NCBI GenBank assembly: GCA_964016885.1
Contig: OZ024749.1
Span: forward strand, 37,262,001-37,326,000
Reading direction: 5' to 3'
Source of the DNA: Eledone cirrhosa
Lineage: Eukaryota
DNA: 64,000 nt
Positions 52,514 to 64,000 of this stretch are shown here, in pieces; position 1 is the first letter of the stretch, and each line of letters opens with the position of its first letter. The position numbers were made by a program, and so were the translations under genes. A model generated the notes under the pieces. It was not told the DNA's origin and did no database searches. It saw nothing but the letters and a program-made list of their open reading frames with translations.

Positions 52514-52778
52514 TTATATATATATATATATATATATGACCCCCGACGGCAGAACTCAAGCCATTTCAACGGCTATTTCTGGACTTAGAATGTATAAATA
52601 CACACACACACGCACACATATATATATTTATAAATATATATATATGCATGTATATTTATTTACAATTATATATATATTTACATGTATATATATATATATT
52701 TACATGTATATATATATTTATATGTCTATATATGCATATATATATATTTATGTATATATATATTTATATAGATGAATA

Positions 52779-52854
<76 letters not shown>

Positions 52855-52992
52855 CATACATATATAGGTAGTTGTAAAGAGTACACATGCATATGTTTGT
52901 ATCAACTGTTAATAAGAGGACAGAGATGGGACGGTCACGGTCGGAACCACAACTACTCCTATCACTAAAATATAAAAATGGTTTTCTGTAAT

Positions 52993-53035
<43 letters not shown>

Positions 53036-53436
53036 GTATATATATATATATACACACACTCACATTTAAAAAAAATGTTACTTCCATCGTTTGATATTTT
53101 GGCGCACGTTAATCTTGATCAAGCAAACATCAACGAAGAAACTCCGACCGCGACCACCACATTTTAACGTATTTGTGTTAGATAATGTATTCTATTCTTT
53201 TTCAACGGATAGTTTTAATTCTAGTTATAAAGATAATTTTATGTACGATGTAGGAAAATATATATACGTAATTACTTACTTTATATATATATATATATAT
53301 ATAAATAAGGATTTCTCCCGAATGAAACAGTTCTAGTCTTGTAGAAACCACTGGTATATTAAATATTTATACTCTCCTATGTATTGAGTGCCTTACTTAC
53401 TCTGGTTACCTCCGATTGAACCCAGGATAAAAATAC

Positions 53437-53486
<50 letters not shown>

Positions 53487-53683
53487 ATGTGTGTGTGTGT
53501 AACGGGTGTAACGGGTGTAACGGGTGTAACTGGACATTTGGAAACTCTGCTTCGTAGAATCGAGACCTTGCGATTTCAGAGTCAGGTTCGAGGTTCGATC
53601 ATTACATCGATCGTGCCTCGAGAAACGATTGTAATATATCTAATAAATTTTGTTCGTCGCAACACTGATTCTCCGTTTCTTAT

Positions 53684-53769
<86 letters not shown>

Positions 53770-53789
53770 TATATATACATGTATATTTA

Positions 53790-53820
<31 letters not shown>

Positions 53821-54211
53821 CAGTAACATATATGGTATCTGGGAAATTGTAACATATCTCTGGAAGCTGGTGGCGATGACATATAATCCACACTCAGACA
53901 TATATAGATTTCTACATAAAAACATAGTAGCCTTCATTGGGACATATACACACGTGTGATTAATATATGTGTGTATTTATGTATGACTAAAAGCAATTAT
54001 ATGCAGAAATAAATTTAGTTTTAAACATGTGGTCTAAACACACACACATACTCACTCTCTCTCTCTATCTATCTATCTCTCTCTCTCTCTCTCGCTCACA
54101 CACACACAAGCATAAAAGAGTAAGGGTAATACACACACACTCATATATATATATAAGAAAATAGTCAGAACCTCGACGGCTGAGCTTCGGCCGTTTTGAC
54201 AGGTAAATCCG

Positions 54212-54256
<45 letters not shown>

Positions 54257-54738
54257 ATGTGTGTGTGTGTGTGTATCCCGGATCCAATCGGAGGTAAACA
54301 CAACGAGTAAGGTGGTACTCAATACATAGCAGAGTGTAAATATTTAATATAGAAATGGCTTCTACAGGACTAGAACTGTTTCATGCGAAGGAAATCATCA
54401 GAGTTATGAATTCTTGCAACTCTGAATCTCAAGTTTCTGATAGGAAACGTACAGCTCACGCTTTCATAAAATATATATTTGAAAAATTATATAATTATGT
54501 ATAAGATATATTTGTATATGCGCGTGTACAACGGATCTATGTTTTCAAAGCCTTGAGGAAAATCACGAGAGATGCCTGGTTCTATTCCAGCTGGCGGCTC
54601 AGTCTAATATATCCCTCTTCACGGCTAGTTTATCCGACTTATTCAACTATCATTCATAGCTCATCAGCATCTGGTGGCTTTTAAAAAAGCGAAACGTCTA
54701 TTCACTCACAGACTCACATACACACACACACACACATG

Positions 54739-54806
<68 letters not shown>

Positions 54807-54976
54807 TATTATATATGTATGTATATATGTGTGTATACAAATATATGAATGTGTATGTATATATATGTATGTATTTGTATGTATATATACATATATATAT
54901 ATATGTATTTGTATGTGTGTGTGTATATATATATATGTTGTCTTTGTATGTGTGTGTATATATATATATATAGGGA

Positions 54977-55020
<44 letters not shown>

Positions 55021-55120
55021 TATATAGGGAAAGAAGCCGTCAAATAATGAGATATATCATCATTATTCATCGTTTACTGTCTACTTCCCTTGTTAGCAAA
55101 GCTGGACACACACACATATA

Positions 55121-55195
<75 letters not shown>

Positions 55196-55355
55196 ATGTC
55201 TATGCGTATTTGCGTGTTGGTTACCAGTTATGCCTGTACAATAGGATCTAACTTCCCACCCGGAATAAATTCAACATACACGCTGTATTAAACATCGTAT
55301 GAAAAAAAAACATGGATTAAAGAATCATTATACACACAAGCCGCACTTGTTCTCG

Positions 55356-55419
<64 letters not shown>

Positions 55420-55508
55420 TATATATGTGTGTGTGTTTGTGTGTGTATATTGTGATTGTCATTTGAGTTGAGACGTCACATTTTATATATATATATAAAG
55501 TGAAAGAA

Positions 55509-55546
<38 letters not shown>

Positions 55547-55553
55547 GAAAGAA

Positions 55554-55605
<52 letters not shown>

Positions 55606-55771
55606 GAAAGAATGAATATATATGTATATATATATAAGGAGCGAGTATTATCATTTGCTTTGGGACGACAACATTTAAAATTTTCTCTACGCCTCTTAAG
55701 TCAATCGGTTGTGTATGTATATATATATATACAAATATAAGTATATGTATGTATATATAACTCTGTGTGTT

Positions 55772-55802
<31 letters not shown>

Positions 55803-56358
55803 TTATATACACATGTGTGTATAAATGTGTATAGAATAGTTTATCGTAGGCCCTCGCTATTCAATTCAAACAACTTTTCATTCTCCCTAGCAAAATAACA
55901 TTGTATGAAAAACAGCCTATTGCTTGGGTACAATAGCTAGCTGTGTCTACACCCGACTGACAAAGACTTCCGATTAGGGGTAGGCTTCAGCTTACATACC
56001 CCTTATACAACCCCCTCTTCTCCATGTACACCCTTCAACTGGACACTGCAGCCTTTAAATGTGTCTCTTATTTATTTAACCATTGTATTTTTACCTTCTC
56101 ATTCTTATTGTTGCTGTTAGTGTAGTTGTTATAGTTGTTGTTGTTGTTCTTGTTGTTCTTGTTGATATTTGTAAAGTTTCTCTTCATTGTAGCTAATGCG
56201 TTAATACATACATTTGTATATTTATACCTATTTGTACACATACACATATATATGTGTGTGTGTGTGTATATATATATATATAGAAATGATTTCTACAAGA
56301 TTAGAACTGTTTCATTCGTATGAGATTTTTTAACTGTAATTAATCCCCGACTCGGAAA

Positions 56359-56392
<34 letters not shown>

Positions 56393-56616
56393 TGAAACAG
56401 TTCTAATCTTGTAGAAATCATTTCTATATATACACACACATATATATGTGTATGTGCACACATATATATATATAGTCCTTGCGCCTGACCTGAGAGGCCA
56501 TTTTTTGAACGGCTACTCCACTATACAGTGGTAGCCATATCTGGACCCCGAAACCTAAGGACCCGCATACATATTAAATGTATAAAATGTTTATACAAAC
56601 CATATATGTATGTGTG

Positions 56617-56720
<104 letters not shown>

Positions 56721-56777
56721 TAAGAAGATTAAAGTTTAAGCAAAGAACCGCTGCTTTCACCCTTAACGGGATCTTAT

Positions 56778-56847
<70 letters not shown>

Positions 56848-56917
56848 ATATGTGTGTATAAAAATATATACGAATAAAGTGATGAATGTTCGTTGTGATA
56901 GTTAAGTGAATGATTGA

Positions 56918-56948
<31 letters not shown>

Positions 56949-57503
56949 TGTTTGTTTATTAGCCACAGGGGCACAAAAGATAAGGGGACAAATACAAAGG
57001 GGGAAGTTTACATACAATAAAAACAGATATGGATAGATAGATATGTAGATATATAGATAGATAGATATATAGATATATAGATAGATAGATGTGTAGATAT
57101 ATAGATAGATAGATGTGTAGATATATAGATAGATAGATATATAGATAGAGATATATAGATAGATGTGTAGATATATAGATAGATAGATAGATAATAGATA
57201 GATATGTAGATATATAGATAGATAGATATATAGATAGATAGATGTGTAGATATATAGATAGATAATAGATAGATGTGTAGATATATAGATAGATAGATGT
57301 GTAGATATATAGATAGACAATAGATAGATACATGTGTAGATATATAGATAGATATATTTCTTTATTTACCATGAAGGCATAAAAAGAAGGGACAAATACA
57401 AAGGGGGAGTTTACATAAAATCGAGTAAAAAGGGTATAAAATGAAAATAATCGAAAACAATCTCAAAAGGGAGGGGACGTGATGGGGGTTGCACACAACC
57501 TTG

Positions 57504-57545
<42 letters not shown>

Positions 57546-57945
57546 CATATGGATAGGGAGGTAGAAAGGTAGATTGGTAAATAGGGAGATACATAGGTAG
57601 ATGGATAGATAAATACATAGTTATACGAGAGACAGATGTATGTATTGTAAATAGCTAATTATACAAGTAAATTGCACAAAGTACTTTTTATATTGTTAAT
57701 TCATGTGTATAATGATGATTATGAAAATATTATTCATAACTGTTTTGTATCATACACACATATATAAATACATAACTACATACGTATATCACCTACTATA
57801 CATCTATGTCATAACATCAAACAGACACATATACCACGTAGAGAATAACTTCTAGTCCAATAGTCAATTAGTGATGGTGCTAATTAGTAAACATGTATTA
57901 TGATAATATATTGTTTACAGAACAATGGGATCAAAGACTGATGTA

Positions 57946-57991
<46 letters not shown>

Positions 57992-58110
57992 ATGTGTATA
58001 TATGTATATATTTATATGTATATATATATGTATATATATATATGTATATGCTAGCGTGGAAAGTGGACGTTAAACGAGGATGATGATGATGTTATATATA
58101 TGTATATATA

Positions 58111-58143
<33 letters not shown>

Positions 58144-58443
58144 ATATATATATATATATATGTATAAGTATATATATATGTATATATATATATATATATA
58201 TGCATACATACATACACACATACATGTATAGCAATATATGTTTCAACACACAATTTCACATCAAAAATCTTGAAAATCAATTATATGTGTATGTATATAA
58301 ATATATATACTGATACACAGATTTATATATATATTGTAAGTTTGGATAAATGTGCATTGAATGAATGTTCTATTAAAGTTGGATATTCTCACATATCAAC
58401 ATCAACTTTTAACGTCCGCTTTATTTATGCACACACACTCACA

Positions 58444-58487
<44 letters not shown>

Positions 58488-58703
58488 ATACATATATATA
58501 TTTGTATACATATATATGTATATATACACATATATATGTATATAAATATGCAAACATACACACACACACATATATATATATATATCTATATATATATACA
58601 TATTTATACATATATAAATATATATATACATATATAAATATATATATACATATATACATATATATATACATATATATATACATATATACATATATATATA
58701 TAT

Positions 58704-58734
<31 letters not shown>

Positions 58735-58951
58735 AATATATATACATATATATATATACATATATATATACATATATATATATACATATATATACATATA
58801 TATATATATACATACATATATATACATATGTAAATAGATATATACACACACACACACATATAGATATATATATATACATACATATATATGCATATATAAA
58901 TAGATATATACACACACACACATATATATATATATATGTATACACACACAG

Positions 58952-58990
<39 letters not shown>

Positions 58991-59073
58991 ATAAACACAC
59001 ATGTATATACATACTTATATAAATAATATAAATATGTATATAATACATATTTATAATTATGTTCTGCTGTAAA

Positions 59074-59662
59074 TAATTGTTTCTACTTTTGGCACAAGGC
59101 CATCAATTAACCAGTGCATTACTGGTACTTTATTGTATCGACCCCGTAAGGATGAAAGGCAAAGTTAACCTCGGCGGGATTTGAACTGAGAATGGCAAGG
59201 GCCGTAACTCTATACGTCAAAGCATGGCGTCCGAACCTCTACCGATACTGCCAATCCACCGCTCTTTCTGTTCTGCTGTAAATAATGACCAGAGGCAGTT
59301 TGAAATAATTGTTTCTACTTTAGGCACAAGGCCAGCAATTACCCAGTGCAATTACTGGTACTTTATTTTATCGACCCCGTAAGGATGAAAGGCAAAGTTA
59401 ACCTCGTTTGAAATAATGTAGATGTCGCTGATAATGAGTGCAGATTGAATATAATTGTTGATGTCCATGATTGAAATCCAACCAACCTCATTATTATTGG
59501 CAGTATCGATAGAGGGTCGGACGCCATGCTTTGCAGCATAGAGTTACGGCCCTTTATGGTCTGAGTTCAAATCCCACCGAGGTTAACTTTGCCTTTCATC
59601 CTTACGGGGTCGATAAAATAATGCACTGAGTAATTGCTGGCCTTGTGCCTAAAGTAGAAATA
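59074..59662. mobile_element. Three S1 SINEs: 59074-59262 (-), 59306-59406 (-), 59496-59662 (+)
   Basis: Direct match to the S1 sequence; oppositely oriented neighbours. Confidence 0.9.
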
Positions 59663-59878
59663 ATAATTATTATTATAACAATAATTTCTTTATATAGCTA
59701 AACCTGATTATGATCATCATAGTGATTTTTTTTTAATTTCAATCGAGCGATCATCTATCTATCTATATAATCATGAGATGGCTGACCGAATACACGTGCT
59801 TTTTCTCAAAAAGATATTTCAGTTCCTTCCCTTTTTCATTCGTTATCTTTCTATTTCATCTTTTTATTTCTCATTCAT

Positions 59879-59911
59879 CTTCTGATGAAGGACTAGTGTC
59901 CGAAACTGAAG
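59879..59911 (+). ncRNA. Degenerate minimal hammerhead motif
   Basis: CTT-CTGATGA-A GGAC TAGT GTCC-GAAA-CTG-AAG. Core and stem II are intact; stem III and the cleavage triplet are damaged. Confidence 0.55.
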
Positions 59912-60043
59912 GTCCTTTTCCTACTATATGAGGCGTTAAACTAATATATTTTTTCTTCGTACTGTGTTGTTTGCTTTGTTGTTTGCTTTTACTTTCTACA
60001 CATACACACACACACACACAGATATATACATATAAATATATGC

Positions 60044-60074
<31 letters not shown>

Positions 60075-60642
60075 CATGTGTTTCTGTGTATTTATATATA
60101 TATATATAAACATCAATGTGTTTATGTGTTGATATATATATATATATATATATTTATATATTAGGGGATGGGAGTCTGTAGTTGATAAAATCTTCATAAT
60201 ATATACAACATGCACTTTTCTTTCATCGATCTCATCTTTGGAATGTTGATATTCAAAATGAAATGTACAGCTCATATATCTCCTAGCTCACCTTTTACAA
60301 GTTGCATCTCATGGGAGGCTTCTTCGTGTTTCAATGATTGGGCCCCCAGTCATATCATATTGTTTTTGTTAAAGCTTCTATCTATGTAGGTTTAGCTGGC
60401 CTCCTACGAGGATGTATCATGAACAGCACAGTGAAATGATACCTTTCTCAATAACCTATCGCGCCGTCCGATCCGGGAGTCACACTGACGAATTCATGAT
60501 CGCATGTCTAACTCCCTATTCCGTAAGCCACTGGTATTTGACTTCACATTGTAAAAACTGCTTATTTCTATCAGTTTTTTTCCCGTTTTTATCAGGGCCA
60601 TATTTAAGCCAATTTGCCCCAGGGCTCAATAAATACTCACAA

Positions 60643-61469
60643 AAAACATTGCAATATATAAATAATACCTAGTTGGGACCCGAACCGCCTAAGTCACAGC
60701 TCTGGTGTCGGGTACACAGAACAAAACATTGCAATATATATATAATACCTAGTTGGGACCCGAACCGCCTAAGTCACAGCTCTGGTGTCGGGTACACAGA
60801 ACAAAACATTGCAATATATATATAATACCTAGTTGGGACCCGAACCGCCTAAGCCACAGCTCTGGTGTCGGGTACACAGAACAAAACATTGCAATATATA
60901 TATAATACCTAGTTGGGACCCGAACCGCCTAAGTCACAGCTCTGGTGTCGGGTACACAGAACAAAACATTGCGATATATATATAATACCTAGTTGGGACC
61001 CGAACCGCCTAAGTCACAGCTTTGGTGTCGGGTACACAGAACAAAACATTGCAATATATATATAATACCTAGTTGGGACCCGAACCGCCTAAGTCACAGC
61101 TCTGGTGTCGGGTACACAGAACAAAACATTGCAATATATATATAATACCTAGTTGGGACCCGAACCGCCTAAGTCACAGCTTTGGTGTCGGGTACACAGA
61201 ACAAAACATTGCAATATATATATAATACCTAGTTGGGACCCGAACCGCCTAAGTCACAGCTCTGGTGTCGGGTACACAGAACAAAACATTGCGATATATA
61301 TATAATACCTAGTTGGGACCCGAACCGCCTAAGTCACAGCTCTGGTGTCGGGTACACAGAACAAAACATTGCGATATATATATAATACCTAGTTGGGACC
61401 CGAACCGCCTAAGTCACAGCTCTGGTGTCGGGTACACAGAACAAAACATTGCGATATATATATAATACC
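60643..61469. repeat. Tandem array, 10 x 80 bp plus a partial unit
   Basis: Unit ACAAAACATTGCAATATATATATAATACCTAGTTGGGACCCGAACCGCCTAAGTCACAGCTCTGGTGTCGGGTACACAGA recurs every 80 bp with few variants. Confidence 0.96.
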
Positions 61470-62109
61470 CTGTCCCTACATAAAACGCGGCTACTCTGTT
61501 CAGTCCTATCCTCTCTGCTTTAAAATTTGACTTTTTTTTCTCAGCAGGAGGAAAGAAACCGAAAGAGGGAATCATAAATTCCCTTCATGATTTAGAGTAA
61601 TCCAAATTTTTGTGGGATTTTTCCTAGAAGTACCCTTAGAATTAATGTTGTATCTGTTATTTTCCTTTTGGTGATGTCACGTTTACTATACCTGATGTCA
61701 ACCCCCTTTCTGTGTGTGTGTTTTTTTGTCCTTGTACTGTTCTTACTCTTGGTCCCTTGTGTTCCATAAAAGAAATCTTCACATAAAAAAAACAATAGTT
61801 ACTGGGTTTGTTGCGTAATCAAATGTCTTAGTGTATCGAGAACTACGTTTATACAATGTGTCCTTACATTTCCTTAAGGGTATATATAAGATATGTGGGT
61901 GAATTAGTTGCTATTACTCCTTGGCACAATCAGCGACCACATAAAAGTTCCTGATTCTGTAACATTGTTAAAGGCCATAAGATATCGTGATTTTGGGACG
62001 GTTTCAAGTCCCAGGACTAATGTGATGTATATAATATATTGTTTTACATTACATTCCATACAGACTTTTCTACACACTCACATTTATCATCACAAACACG
62101 CTTCTTTAT

Positions 62110-62140
<31 letters not shown>

Positions 62141-63716
62141 TACACACGCACACACACACAACCAGCCATCGAAACTGTTTAAGCTTGACCGTATGGTTCA
62201 TACGTTTTGAATAATATATATATACACATGTACGTTTGTGAGAGTTGGTGTACTAATACTTAGTAGTTTATTATTAATAAAATGATGATAAACATAATTT
62301 TATTTTTGTTGTTGTAATCTGTTACACGGCGGTGGATGAAAAGCTCGGTAGAGCATCGGACAACATCTCGGACCACCAAAGTTGTGTGGAATTGTTTCAC
62401 TTTAAATGTTGTAATAATATGGTTTGTTGTATGTCCGGCAGTGTGCCTGACCAAATGTCATGGTACTTTCATACGGCCTCCTACGTTCATTGTCTAAATC
62501 CTTTCGGGATCAGATTTACTCCACTTTCACTTCCTTTCTGTGGTCGAACAAATTGCCTTTAATCATCCAACTATATCGCTGCTATATATATGTGAATTTT
62601 TCTCTGTGGTCACTGATATTGCTGGAAATTGTAGCCGTATATCCTTCATTGGCGTCTTTAAAATAAAACCTGGATATTTTGGACAAGTGTAAATCAGCGG
62701 TTTCTATCCAAGTGATCATGAATCCCAAGGATCGATAAAGGCAATACTTGGTGTTCTGGAAGATAAATTTAAAAACATTAAATACTTGGTTAAAAACACT
62801 ATAAACACACACACACACTACTGGGTATCACTTCTTCTCTTTGTATTGTTATTTTCACTGTATTCTCGGGAGTGGTGTAGATGGTGCAACATTTATTTAA
62901 GTAAAAGTGTCTCTTCGTACTGAAATGATAGAGAACCATTGATATTGATCTTTATATATAAAAATAGCCGACAGGAATCAGGAATAATTTTGGTCACTTC
63001 ATTCATGAATGAAGTGAAGTTAAACAACACAAAACTACCAGTGTTTTAACCCTTGCACTCTTGTACCACATTAAATCGTGTTAACAAGACATTTTTGAAA
63101 AGTCCTATGACTGTATCACATGAAGGCTGAAAGTGTTTACTCTAATAATTGTTTCTACTTTTGGCACAAGGCCAGCAATTACCCAGTGTATTACTGGTAC
63201 TTTATTTTATCGACCCCGTAAGGATGAAAGGCAAAGTTAACCTCGGCGGGATTTGAACTCAGAATGGCGAGGGCCGTAACTCTATGCGTCAACCGATACT
63301 TCCAATCCACCGCCCTCTCTAATAATGCAAATTTTCAAAGCGATTTGAGCAAAAGTAAAGATACTATAAATATTAAATTCTTTATTGTAATCTATCACTG
63401 CAGATATTCGCAACAGTCTGTCCGCTTTTAAGGACTTTATAAACATTTTATTTAACAAAGATGCTTTTAGATATTTTGTGTGAAAAATCATTACATTATG
63501 TTAAGAAATCATTATGTCAGTCGTGTGACCGAGCAGTGGGTCTTAAGACTCACTTTAGAATAATTCTTGTCATCTATTTTGGTAAATCTCCTATCTCTAT
63601 AATTGTAACGGTAGTTTTTGTATGGAGCAGAAGAAAACAAGTGTATCGGAGGGTTCGATTTGGTTAACTTTCTTCCCAATATTACCTCAAGCTGAGAAGT
63701 GTCAACAGATCGAAAT

Positions 63717-63782
<66 letters not shown>

Positions 63783-63829
63783 TTAGAAGGAACAAGGGGC
63801 TGTGTGGTTACTTGATAAACTGTATTCAA

Positions 63830-63976
63830 AAATAAAAGGAAAGCACAAACAAGGGACAGGTCCCCTTTTCAGTTGTCTGCTGGGGGTCTCGGACATTTCA
63901 ACGCATCAGATCTCCGAGACCCCCAGCAGACAGCTGAAGAGGGGACCTCTCCCTCGTTTGTGCTTTCCTTTTATTT
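63830..63976. repeat. Inverted repeat, 64-bp arms with a 19-bp spacer; single diverged relative at 721-790
   Basis: AAATAAAAGGAAAGCACAAAC..GGGGGTCTCGGA / TCCGAGACCCCC..GTTTGTGCTTTCCTTTTATTT. Confidence 0.9.
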
Positions 63977-64000
63977 CTATATGTATGTGTATGTGTATGT

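Noticed and set aside
54633-54671. Minus-strand CTGATGA-GCTAT GAATG ATAGT
   Set aside because: Stem II is plausible, but GAAA and stem I are missing; at best a relic.
56485-56570. Hammerhead-like module (CTGAGA..GAAACCTAAG; reverse relative ~37793-37862)
   Set aside because: The core is one base short and stems I and III are unconvincing; treated only as a dispersed repeat.
60643-61469. CRISPR array
   Set aside because: Whole units repeat with no unique spacers, there are no cas genes and the context is eukaryotic. The same applies to 16940-17655.

Overview
Very AT-rich, microsatellite-saturated animal DNA. The SINE families, (TA)n/(CA)n density and Zic sequence suggest an octopus (inference). 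There is one real protein-coding segment: coding exon 1 of a Zic/odd-paired gene (29286-30339, +), encoding ZOC, ZF-NC and zinc fingers 1-3. It follows a CpG-rich TATA-less promoter and precedes an intron of at least 33.6 kb, since no exon 2 was found. Almost all other listed ORFs are microsatellite artefacts. The rest is tRNA-derived SINEs (about 15 copies of one family, 2 full copies of another), a decayed CR1-type LINE end, 34-bp and 80-bp tandem arrays and long foldbacks. The main result concerns the short non-coding islands between (TA)n tracts. They are recurring 3'-anchored, often partly inverted modules carrying type I hammerhead ribozyme (HHR) folds: about 15 motifs from about 7 unrelated families. 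They include non-canonical CAGAAGA/CUU cores and U-U closure of stem II, and several lie sense inside the Zic intron. They look like relics of (TA)n-associated Penelope-like or retrozyme-type elements. All folds were read by eye and no activity has been tested.
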